Part shown: one piece after another, positions 7,292-15,079 of the stretch | Layout: every line of letters starts with the position of its first letter | Numbering within the stretch: position 1 is the first letter of the stretch | DNA from: an uncultured Geobacter sp. | GTDB taxonomy: Bacteria; Desulfobacterota; Desulfuromonadia; Geobacterales; Geobacteraceae | NCBI GenBank assembly: GCA_964389825.1 | Contig: CAYMFO010000031.1 | Span: 1 to 24,000, forward strand | Reading direction: 5' to 3' | DNA: 24,000 nucleotides | The notes under the pieces: model-generated | Database searches by the model: none | What the model saw: the letters and a program-made list of their open reading frames with translations, nothing else | What the model was told of the DNA's origin: nothing | Program-made: the position numbers and the translations under genes

Positions 7292-8299
7292 GTGAAAGCA
7301 TTTCATTTTTTCGGAATAATCTGCTGCGCCATTCTATCTCTCATCCCTCCGCTCCTTGTGAGCATAATTCTTGCGGCGCTAGTCCTTAATACGCACACCG
7401 GGGCGGCGACCGACTATACGTCCGGAATGCATCTCACTTCTCCGCCGCCTCCCATTGAACAGCCCCTGACTCTCAGGATCATCACCTATAATATTGCTGA
7501 CGGATACCTTTTCACAAATAACCGGCCTGAGCGCATGCGCGCAATCGGCGCCCTACTGACGAAACTGGATCCCGACATCGTGGGAATACAGGAATCCTTT
7601 GTGGGGAAAGACCGGAAAATTCTGCTCGAAGCGCTGTCTGAATCACGCCTCCGGTATCACGCGGACTACCCTGCGGCAACAGTAGGTAACGGACTCTTGA
7701 CGCTCAGCGCCTATCCAATTGTCGAAACCGTATTCCACCGCTTCGAAAATAACAATCCCTGGTACAAAATTCATCAGGGTGACTGGTGGGCGGGCAAGGG
7801 CATTGGACTGGCAAGGATCCGCCTTCCGTCCGGGGGCAGGATTGACTTTTACAACCTTCATGCGCAGGCCGAACGCAACGATGAAGCCAACAGCAAGGTG
7901 CGCTACCGGCAGATGGGCGAGCTGGTAACTTTTGTCAACGCCACGAGGACCATCACCTCCCCGGCATTCGTTCTAGGAGATTTCAATACGAGAATGGAAC
8001 AACCCGACCTGCGGAGAGCAATGGAAGGCGCCCACCTGATCCCTGTTGTAACTATGGATTCGGGGATCGACGCAATCTTTGCCGCAAAGACACCAGGCTA
8101 TTCAATCACAGCTGTCGAAACTTTACCCATAAGCGGTGAAACAACAGGGAGCAATCCCCCCATATTTCTGTCCCGGGCGCCGACACCGTCAGAACTCTTG
8201 CGGATGCTTTTCGGACCACGCGAGGTCACTCCCCTGAGCGATCACCTGGGTTTCATGAGTACAGTTATAATCTCACCCGCCACTGTCTCATACAATTGA
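7292..8299 (+). CDS. Endonuclease/exonuclease/phosphatase (EEP) family protein with N-terminal membrane anchor (sphingomyelinase-like)
   Basis: GTG start after AGGAAAGGA. N-terminal hydrophobic helix. EEP signatures [32 protein letters not shown] and LSDHLG. Confidence 0.8.
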   Translation: MKAFHFFGIICCAILSLIPPLLVSIILAALVLNTHTGAATDYTSGMHLTSPPPPIEQPLTLRIITYNIADGYLFTNNRPERMRAIGALLTKLDPDIVGIQESFVGKDRKILLEALSESRLRYHADYPAATVGNGLLTLSAYPIVETVFHRFENNNPWYKIHQGDWWAGKGIGLARIRLPSGGRIDFYNLHAQAERNDEANSKVRYRQMGELVTFVNATRTITSPAFVLGDFNTRMEQPDLRRAMEGAHLIPVVTMDSGIDAIFAAKTPGYSITAVETLPISGETTGSNPPIFLSRAPTPSELLRMLFGPREVTPLSDHLGFMSTVIISPATVSYN

Positions 8300-8412
8300 G
8301 TTCAAAACTCGATGCAGCTTGGGGAAGAGCCGCGGTCCTGGTTTTTCATAGGCAAGACAAATCAATATTGCCGCATATCGAGTCATTCCACACTGTTACG
8401 GGAGCGCTAAAC

Positions 8413-8742
8413 ATGGAAAACAAAACAATCCGCAGAACGGAAGCAACGGTAGCAACCGTCTTTTTTGTTATCATCCTGATGACCATCAATCTTATGCTCC
8501 CCGCAAAGGCAACAGGTTCGATGCCGGTGGAAAAGACGCTTACCGGCTGCGTAATCAAGGGGCAATTCTACAGCATTACAATGGATTCTCGAACAAACAG
8601 GCCGGTTAAGGCATACCCGATCCGGATTGGGCAAGACCTCGACCTTGCCGCCTATGAGGGGAAAACCGTTTCCATGACCGGCGCCCTCCTGCCGGGTGAT
8701 CGGTTTATTCTCGAGCGAGGCGCCAGGCCTGCAGTGATTTAA
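8413..8742 (+). CDS. Small secreted or membrane-anchored hypothetical protein
   Basis: Internal ATG at 8413 with GGGAG upstream. N-terminal hydrophobic segment VATVFFVIILMTINLMLPAKA resembles a signal peptide or anchor. No recognisable family. Confidence 0.5.
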   Translation: MENKTIRRTEATVATVFFVIILMTINLMLPAKATGSMPVEKTLTGCVIKGQFYSITMDSRTNRPVKAYPIRIGQDLDLAAYEGKTVSMTGALLPGDRFILERGARPAVI

Positions 8743-8790
8743 GGCGCCTGTGATAATGACAGCATCAGCGTTATACGCAAAGAGTTTGTC

Positions 8791-9159
8791 ATGGAGTACA
8801 GGGTCTCCGCATATCAGGCCGCCAGGAAGAAGAATTTCGCTGAAGCGTTAATACTGGTGAACCGGGCCCTCGATTTGGATAAAACCCTCTGCGGGACCTA
8901 CATTGATCGCGCCCACATCCATTATCTTAAAGGCGATTTCGCCTCTGGAGCGGCCGACATCAAGTCGGTCAGGGATGGTCGATGCGCCGACCGGCAGGAT
9001 GTCAACTTCCTGATACTGGAAGAGATAGGGGCAACCCTTGAGAAAGCGGGAAAAATGACCGACGCCATCGAGATATATTCTATGGGGCTCGATTCCTGCC
9101 GGTCGGACATGTGCAGGGAGACGATGAACAGGGACATGAAACGGGCAATGGGGAAGTAA
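8791..9159 (+). CDS. Hypothetical protein with TPR-like helical repeats
   Basis: 122-aa ORF. YQAARKKNFAEALILVNRALDLD and AHIHYLKGDFASGAADI resemble TPR helices. SD is weak. Confidence 0.5.
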   Translation: MEYRVSAYQAARKKNFAEALILVNRALDLDKTLCGTYIDRAHIHYLKGDFASGAADIKSVRDGRCADRQDVNFLILEEIGATLEKAGKMTDAIEIYSMGLDSCRSDMCRETMNRDMKRAMGK

Positions 9160-9214
9160 CGAAACCGGGTCGCGATTAGGAACCGCAACAAAAGGACCGT
9201 CCGGGCTATATGGC

Positions 9215-9970
9215 TTAAGGCTGCGCATTTCTTCCGCCCCGGCACAGTTTCAGATTTGTGCGGGCGGCATTCAGAATCGGCCAGTAGGTGTCGGCGTCGG
9301 CCGGCGGATACTCCTCGCGGATCTGTTCGTCCGTCTTTGCGGCGTCGGCTTCGAAACCTTTCAGAAGAGAAAGACAGATATCATCACGCTTCATCCTGTG
9401 ATAGGCGAGGGCGAGGTCGTTTTGTATCCAGCCCCTGTCCAGCCAGGTCATGGTCTTTGCACACTCCGTCAGCACAGGTTCCAGGAGGGCAACCGCTTCC
9501 GCATAGGCCTTCCTGTCATAGAGAACCTTGAAATCACGCCGGGATTTCCGTATCGCCCTGGGCAGGCAGGCCGGAGCGGGCTTGAAATATTCACCTTCAA
9601 AATAGGCGCGCATGCCGCAATAATAGTGACACGGTTCGTACGTCTCGGAACTGACCTTGATCGCGGCGCCCTTCGGGTCGAATCTGATGACGCACGCCTC
9701 GCCGGACTCGGTCAGGGTTGCGCTGCCATTCCTTATGACACCTTCCAGGCTGCACATGTGGGCGTTTCCACCCAGGGCGAATATGGTGAAGGAAAGCATG
9801 CCGTCCTTACCCTGCTTGATGGTCAGGTCACCCCACCCCCCTTCCGTTATATAGATTCCAGGATCGATAGCGCCCCCCTGCGCGCAGAGAGATTGTGGCG
9901 CCGCCAGAAAAATCAAGAACATCGACAAAAGCGGCAGTATCCGGCGCCAAAAGTTGAACGGCATTTTCAT
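9215..9970 (-). CDS. Secreted hypothetical protein (signal peptide, Cys-containing beta-rich domain plus C-terminal TPR-like helices), immediately downstream of hgcB
   Basis: ATG at 9970 preceded by GGAAGGAAG. N-terminus MKMPFNFWRRILPLLSMFLIFLAAPQSLCAQG is a typical signal peptide. Same strand as hgcAB, 116-nt gap. Confidence 0.65.
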   Translation of the reverse strand: MKMPFNFWRRILPLLSMFLIFLAAPQSLCAQGGAIDPGIYITEGGWGDLTIKQGKDGMLSFTIFALGGNAHMCSLEGVIRNGSATLTESGEACVIRFDPKGAAIKVSSETYEPCHYYCGMRAYFEGEYFKPAPACLPRAIRKSRRDFKVLYDRKAYAEAVALLEPVLTECAKTMTWLDRGWIQNDLALAYHRMKRDDICLSLLKGFEADAAKTDEQIREEYPPADADTYWPILNAARTNLKLCRGGRNAQP

Positions 9971-10086
9971 ACGGCTTCCTTCCAGGAACATATCTCCTTT
10001 CCCTCCCATTATCTTCAATAGCCGGGGGAATTCAACCGGTTCACTTTTCACGAAGACCGGGCGGCACATTCAGCCGGAACCCGATT

Positions 10087-10377
10087 TCAGGAACAGCAGC
10101 CTCTGTCGGAACGACCGATACCGTGCTTGCGCAGCCAGCGGTGTATCATGCCCGAAGCGCAACCGACCCCCGCATCCACCCGGATTGCGTCGAAGGGACA
10201 ATTTCTCATGCATGCCCCGCACTCCATGCAGGCATCCAGGTCCACGATGCGGGCAAGGCCTTTTTCCATACCGAATACCTGGTGAGGGCAGACCTCCACG
10301 CACCAGCCGCAGCCTTTGCATTTCTCCCTGTCCATCCTCAACGTAGCCACGTTCCGCAAGTACCTGAAACCCTTCAT
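10087..10377 (-). CDS. hgcB: Mercury methylation ferredoxin HgcB (2x[4Fe-4S])
   Basis: 96 aa from the ATG at 10377 (SD AAAGGAGA). Two CX2CX2CX3CP motifs (CKGCGWCVEVCP, CMECGACMRNCP), an additional Cys in GVGCASG, and a C-terminal vicinal Cys pair (RGCCS*). Begins 17 nt after the hgcA stop. Confidence 0.9.
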   Translation of the reverse strand: MKGFRYLRNVATLRMDREKCKGCGWCVEVCPHQVFGMEKGLARIVDLDACMECGACMRNCPFDAIRVDAGVGCASGMIHRWLRKHGIGRSDRGCCS

Positions 10378-10394
10378 AACGTCTCCTTTGCCCG

Positions 10395-11414
10395 TTAACG
10401 GGGCAATCCGGCGAGGACAAGGAGTCCGCCGATAATCAAGGCGAACCCCATTGCCGGCAACGCGAACCTCATCTCCTTTCTCACCCCCGATGGCGAGGTG
10501 AAGGTGGTGCAACCGGTGAAATTGAGGGTGTAGAATGCGCTCACCGCCGGAAGGGCAAGAAAGGCGCCGCCAATCGCAGCGTAATTCATACCCTGGATAC
10601 CGATGGCAAGGAAGTATGCCGCGGTCCAGACAATTCCCACCAGCGCCCCCTTGAAAGAAAAACTCCGGCCGGGAAGAAGGCCGAACAGGAGGGGTCCGAC
10701 GACTATTCCGGACAGCGCGGCGCCGATAAAGGCGACCAGCGCCCGAAGCGCGGCGGCCGGCCCCAGGAAGAAAGCAACCGTCAGAAACAGAAGCCCGCCG
10801 GCAACGCCCAGAGGCTTCAGAGCCGTCACCAGCTCCACCGGCGTCAGCGCCAGCCGCTCCCGGAAAGTAAATGTCAGCTCCCGCATGGCCGGCGTTGTCA
10901 CCATACCGTTGTCCAGGTATTCCGGCAGGTCGTTCGCCCGGATGGCCGCATAACGCACTTCGAAACCGGTCCGCTTTTTCACTTCATGGGCCGCAACGCC
11001 CGGCGCTCCCAGGATCGGTAGTATCAGGGTCGCCCGGCCGGCGAATGACTTCAGATTGGTCGCCTCAATCCTCGCTATCAGCTCTCCGGTACCGAAAGTC
11101 CCCTTTCCCGCCGCACACCAGACGTTGACTCCGAAGGTCTCGAGGACGAGGAGCCAGATGTTCCGTCCCGCCAGGGAGCGGCGCACGATGTCGTAACTCA
11201 TCTTGTAATTGGCGGTCACGACCACCGGATCTCCGGGCGACGGCGCGCCGACGGCGTACAGGCCGGGAGGAACCAGATAACTCATGCGGCCAATCCCCCA
11301 CCGGGCCTTCCATGCGCCGCAACGATCCGAAAAGGCGAGTTCCGGAGATATTCGCGCAACCCTGCCGGATTCCGTAACCAGCCATCCAAGAAAGCCCGGA
11401 ACCGATTCATCCAC
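10395..11414 (-). CDS. hgcA: Mercury methylation corrinoid protein HgcA
   Basis: 339 aa from a GTG start. The N-terminal corrinoid-binding domain carries the diagnostic cap-helix motif NVWCAAGKGTFG (codons at 11103-11126, Cys codon 11115-11117). The C-terminal half is a hydrophobic domain of about 5 helices. Followed by hgcB. Confidence 0.92.
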   Translation of the reverse strand: MDESVPGFLGWLVTESGRVARISPELAFSDRCGAWKARWGIGRMSYLVPPGLYAVGAPSPGDPVVVTANYKMSYDIVRRSLAGRNIWLLVLETFGVNVWCAAGKGTFGTGELIARIEATNLKSFAGRATLILPILGAPGVAAHEVKKRTGFEVRYAAIRANDLPEYLDNGMVTTPAMRELTFTFRERLALTPVELVTALKPLGVAGGLLFLTVAFFLGPAAALRALVAFIGAALSGIVVGPLLFGLLPGRSFSFKGALVGIVWTAAYFLAIGIQGMNYAAIGGAFLALPAVSAFYTLNFTGCTTFTSPSGVRKEMRFALPAMGFALIIGGLLVLAGLPR

Positions 11415-11601
11415 TACTCCGCCGCCGGCGGAGGTTTCCGGTCCTCAACAGGGTGGTTTTTCCATGCCTTGCGCCGGAGAATCACAACCATTGGATGATT
11501 CCACCTTCTTCTTTTCAGCAAGGATGTTTCCGGTTTCCATTTCACAAGATTCCATTTCAGGGCCTTCCGTTTATGCGCCTGGGCAACAGCTATCGTGCAA
11601 G

Positions 11602-11630
11602 AGCATAAATCAATTGATCGCAATTGGCAA
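11602..11630 (-). promoter_or_regulatory. Candidate sigma70 promoter of hgcAB with an embedded perfect palindrome
   Basis: On the minus strand: TTGCCA (rc of 11625-11630), 17-nt spacer, TATGCT (rc of 11602-11607). The spacer contains the perfect 10-bp palindrome ATCAATTGAT (11609-11618). Predicts a 5' UTR of about 180 nt. Confidence 0.35.
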
Positions 11631-11745
11631 TTTGATTGACAGCTTCTGTCCCACCCCGGAAATCACGCGAAGGCGTACTCTTGAAGCATGAAATCACCAT
11701 GAAATACTGTATGAAAATATTGACTTGACGAATGCGGTAAACAGC

Positions 11746-11771
11746 ATTATATGATTATGCAATCATATAAT
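11746..11771. promoter_or_regulatory. Perfect 11-4-11 inverted repeat, candidate ArsR/SmtB operator overlapping the arsR promoter
   Basis: ATTATATGATT (11746-11756), atgc, AATCATATAAT (11761-11771). Contains TATAAT (11766-11771) 17 nt before the arsR ATG. TTGACT/TTGACG -35-like hexamers lie at 11720-11730. Confidence 0.55.
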
Positions 11772-11788
11772 ATCGGAACAGGGGTGAC

Positions 11789-12103
11789 ATGAACGACAGA
11801 GACGTACTACTTGCGGACATCCTGAAGGCCATGGCTCAACCGACCCGTCTGAAGATCATCGAATTCCTGCGGGACGGGGAGCGATGCGTCTGCGAGATAT
11901 TCCCGGCCATTGACGAAGAGCAGTCCAACACATCCCGCCACCTGAACCTTATGATGAACCTCGGGATACTCAGGCGCCGCAAGGAAGGCGTAAAGATCTT
12001 TTACGCCCTGAAGTACCCGGAGGTCCTGGAGATACTGGGCCTGGCATCATCGATCCTGAAGAAGGAGATAAACGGCAAGAGCGACCTGCTCCGGGCTGTG
12101 TAA
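11789..12103 (+). CDS. arsR: ArsR/SmtB-family metalloregulator (divergent from hgcA)
   Basis: 104 aa. KAMAQPTRLKIIEFL, a CVC motif (GERCVCEI), and recognition helix SNTSRHLNLMMNLGILRRRKEG. Confidence 0.9.
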   Translation: MNDRDVLLADILKAMAQPTRLKIIEFLRDGERCVCEIFPAIDEEQSNTSRHLNLMMNLGILRRRKEGVKIFYALKYPEVLEILGLASSILKKEINGKSDLLRAV

Positions 12104-12211
12104 ACGGAAGCCTTCGCGCGATATGCGCCAATGATACTGGGGTCTGCTGTGGAAAAAAAGATATTCTCCCCGCCAGGACTCCATAACAAACGACCGAAAA
12201 GGAGAAAGAGG

Positions 12212-12439
12212 ATGAAGATCGAGATTCTGGGAACCGGATGCGCGAAATGCAAGAAGCTGTATGAAAACACCCTGGAAGCGGTGAAACTGAGCGGCAGGCA
12301 AGCCGAGGTGGGAAAGGTTGAAGACATCAGGAAAATCAGTGAATACGGAGTCATGGCCACCCCCGCCATCGTAGTGGACGGCGAGGTAAAGGCATCGGGC
12401 AAGCTCCTTTCACCTGACGATATCATGAAGCTTCTGTAA
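12212..12439 (+). CDS. Small thioredoxin-fold protein (redox-active disulfide protein 2 / TM0996-MTH895-like)
   Basis: ATG at 12212 after AAAAGGAGAAAGAGG. 75 aa: MKIEILGTGCAKCKKL (CxxC) ...ATPAIVVDGEV, as in the small Trx-like proteins that commonly accompany ArsR plus permease genes. Confidence 0.8.
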   Translation: MKIEILGTGCAKCKKLYENTLEAVKLSGRQAEVGKVEDIRKISEYGVMATPAIVVDGEVKASGKLLSPDDIMKLL

Positions 12440-12454
12440 GGTCGAGCCAGCGCC

Positions 12455-13759
12455 ATGAATGCTTCAATTGTAAAGAAGCCGGCGGGAAGCGCCGGAATTC
12501 TCTTCCGCGCGCTTCTGTTGCTCCTTGTTATTACGGCTCTCCCGGCGCCCCTTCCCGCCCTTGCGGACAGCGCGTCGCGGGCGGACAACCCGGCCTTGTT
12601 CTTCTTCTGGGGGATCGGCTGCCCCCACTGTGAGGATGCCAAGCCGTTTGTTGAATACCTTGGACAAAGCTATCCCGGAATACGGATCCACTCCCTGGAG
12701 GTTGTTAAAAACAAGAATAACCTGAATCTGATGGAAAGAATGGTTCGGGAAAGGGGCGCGGAATCCAGCGGCGTGCCGGTATTCATCATTGGAAAGAGCG
12801 TTTTCTCTGGATTCAATCACACCATGACACGCGGGATCGAAGAAGCCGTTTCGGAAGAGATCGCCCGCAAAAAGCCCGGCGGCGAGCCTTCCGCCCGGCC
12901 TCCGGCACGAAAAGAAGCGGATACCATCTCCCTTCCCTTTATCGGGAAAAGGGACGCCGCCTCTTTTTCCCTCCCGGTCTTTACCGTTGCGGTCGCGGCC
13001 CTGGACAGCTTCAATCCCTGCGCCTTCTTCGTCCTCCTCACCCTTTTGAGCCTGCTCGTCCATGCGCATTCACGCAGGCGAATGCTGCTCATAGGGGGGG
13101 TGTTCGTCTCCGTTTCCGGCATTCTCTACTTTTTCTTCATGGCCGCCTGGATGAACCTCTTTTTCGTTGTCGGGCACCTCTCCGTGGTAACCAGGGTCGC
13201 GGGAATAACGGCCCTCGCCATAGCAATCATCAACATCAAGGACTATTTCCTGTTCAGAAAGGGCATATCCCTTAACATCCCGGAGAAATCAAAACCGAAG
13301 CTGTTCGAACGCATGCGGGGACTCATGCGCGCGGAATCCCTCCCCTCGGCGCTCACCGGCACAATCATCCTGGCAGTCGCGGCAAACAGCTACGAACTGT
13401 TATGCACCGCCGGTTTTCCCATGGTGTATACCCGTTTTCTCACCATGCATTCCCTGTCGACAGCCGGTTACTATGCCTATATTGCCTTCTACAATCTTGT
13501 CTACGTCATCCCCCTGGCCATCATTGTTTCCTTCTTCGTCATTACCATGGGGAGCCGCAAGCTCAGCGAATGGCAGGGACGCGTCATGAAGCTCGTATCC
13601 GGGATGATGATGTGCGGTCTTGCCTTCGTTCTCCTCCTGAAACCGGAACTGCTGCAGGATGTCAAGGCCTCGGTCCTTCTCTTCCTGGGGGTCCTCATCA
13701 CCTCTGCCCTTATCGTCCTGGTGACGCGAAAAAGGCTTCAGTCCCGTCGGGCGCCATAA
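12455..13759 (+). CDS. Fusion protein: signal peptide, periplasmic thioredoxin-like CxxC domain, and a DsbD/CcdA-like polytopic membrane domain
   Basis: 434 aa. Signal-like N-terminus ending PALADS. Trx motif FFFWGIGCPHCEDAKPF, charged linker, then about 6 hydrophobic helices with membrane-embedded Cys motifs (LDSFNPCAFF, YELLCTAGFP). Confidence 0.75.
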   Translation: MNASIVKKPAGSAGILFRALLLLLVITALPAPLPALADSASRADNPALFFFWGIGCPHCEDAKPFVEYLGQSYPGIRIHSLEVVKNKNNLNLMERMVRERGAESSGVPVFIIGKSVFSGFNHTMTRGIEEAVSEEIARKKPGGEPSARPPARKEADTISLPFIGKRDAASFSLPVFTVAVAALDSFNPCAFFVLLTLLSLLVHAHSRRRMLLIGGVFVSVSGILYFFFMAAWMNLFFVVGHLSVVTRVAGITALAIAIINIKDYFLFRKGISLNIPEKSKPKLFERMRGLMRAESLPSALTGTIILAVAANSYELLCTAGFPMVYTRFLTMHSLSTAGYYAYIAFYNLVYVIPLAIIVSFFVITMGSRKLSEWQGRVMKLVSGMMMCGLAFVLLLKPELLQDVKASVLLFLGVLITSALIVLVTRKRLQSRRAP

Positions 13760-13895
13760 ACCGCACTTAAACGCCACAAGCCATTTGCGAGTTACGACGA
13801 AACGGCCTCAGGGGTTCCGGAACGCGCCAGTAAGCAGTTTTTCAGAAACCGCCTGGACGAACGGGCGCACATCAAGCAAAAAGAGAGGAACCGGA

Positions 13896-14276
13896 GTGAA
13901 AAAGATATTATTGGCATCATTGGCTCTCATTCTATTCGTAACCTCGGCCTTCGCCAACGACAGGGGATCCGAGCCGATCATCCGGCAGGCGCTTGCTTCG
14001 GGCAGGCCTACCCTTGTCGATTTCGGCGCCGCCTTCTGCGTCCCCTGCAAGCGGATGAAACCGATACTGGATGCGCTGAAAACGGAATACTCAGGCAGGG
14101 CAAACGTTATCTTCGTGGACATCAAGCAGGAACGTGATATGGCTTCCCGGTACCGCATAATGCTCATGCCGACCCAGGTCTTCTATGATGCCGGGGGAAA
14201 AGAGATGAAAAGACACATGGGGTTCATGGACAAACCGGAAATCATAGCGGAATTCAAGGCCCTGGGCGTAAAATGA
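13896..14276 (+). CDS. Periplasmic thioredoxin-family protein (TlpA/ResA-like) with signal peptide
   Basis: GTG at 13896 after AGAGAGGA. VKKILLASLALILFVTSAFA signal peptide. LVDFGAAFCVPCKRMKP CxxC motif. Its stop overlaps the ccdA start (ATGA). Confidence 0.8.
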   Translation: MKKILLASLALILFVTSAFANDRGSEPIIRQALASGRPTLVDFGAAFCVPCKRMKPILDALKTEYSGRANVIFVDIKQERDMASRYRIMLMPTQVFYDAGGKEMKRHMGFMDKPEIIAEFKALGVK

Positions 14277-14959
14277 GCTTCCTGGACAATATCGAGCACA
14301 TCATCGCGGCATACCCTATCATCGCCTTCGGCGCGGTGTTTCTGGCCGGGATTATTTCATCCGCCTCCCCCTGCGTCCTGGCCACAATCCCCCTGGTGGT
14401 CGGGTACGTGGGCGGGTATGCGGACGGAGACCGGAGAAAGGCCTTTCTCTATTCCGTCGCCTTTATCCTGGGACTTTCCCTTACCTTCACCGCATTCGGC
14501 GCGGCCGCGGGCATGCTCGGCGTCATGTTCGGGATGATCGGCGGCTGGTGGTACGCGGCCCTGGGCGTGGTCGCGGTGGCCATGGGGCTTCAGATGCTGG
14601 GCTTGTATCAGCTTCGCCTTCCCTTTCATGTGGAGGTGAAGCCGAAGCGGAAGGGGATTTTCGGGGCCTTCCTGCTGGGCCTGTTTTTCGGCGTCGTGTC
14701 CTCGCCATGCGCCACGCCGGTACTGGTGGTGATCCTTACCCTGGTGGCCAGCAAGGGCGAGGTAGCCTACGGCACGGCGCTCCTCTTCGTGTACGCCGTC
14801 GGCCACTGCATGCTCATGCTGCTGGCCGGGACCTTTACCGGCTTTGTCGAGGCATTTGTCAAGGCAAAGGGCGTGAGGAACTTTTCCGAATGGTCGAAGC
14901 GGATCGGCGGCGCAATCATATCTCTGGTGGGGGTGTATCTGCTGTATCAGGCGTTCTGA
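14273..14959 (+). CDS. ccdA: CcdA/DsbD-family transmembrane thiol:disulfide electron transporter
   Basis: 228 aa, about 6 TM helices, with conserved Cys motifs SSASPCVLATIPL and VSSPCATPVL. ATGA-coupled to the upstream thioredoxin. Confidence 0.85.
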   Translation: MSFLDNIEHIIAAYPIIAFGAVFLAGIISSASPCVLATIPLVVGYVGGYADGDRRKAFLYSVAFILGLSLTFTAFGAAAGMLGVMFGMIGGWWYAALGVVAVAMGLQMLGLYQLRLPFHVEVKPKRKGIFGAFLLGLFFGVVSSPCATPVLVVILTLVASKGEVAYGTALLFVYAVGHCMLMLLAGTFTGFVEAFVKAKGVRNFSEWSKRIGGAIISLVGVYLLYQAF

Positions 14960-15079
14960 GTCTGCTGTCCGGGAATGGCGTGGGGATTTTCAGAAAGTTA
15001 CATCATGATTGGAATCCGACAAGCATGAACTGAGTTTCCAGGTTGGCGGGGAAGAAAATGGATGTGAAAGGACAACAGT

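Noticed and set aside
5360-7295. Long plus-strand ORFs (317, 194, 381 and 233 aa) across the selB locus
   Set aside because: Antisense or out of frame relative to selB, whose G-domain motifs are clear. The translations are Pro/Arg/Ser-rich with no recognisable domains.
11415-11600. Cobalamin riboswitch in the hgcA leader
   Set aside because: Only weak local resemblance to the GGTG..AATCC core, and no convincing B12 box (GCCACTG / AGYCMGGAGACCKGCC). Kept as something to test with Infernal RF00174, not as a call.
11625-11640. Sigma54-like TGGCAA-N5-TTGAC on the plus strand upstream of arsR
   Set aside because: The -12 element reads TTGA rather than the highly conserved TTGC, and no enhancer-binding protein gene is nearby. 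The sequence is better explained as the -35 of the minus-strand hgcA promoter and part of the dyad.
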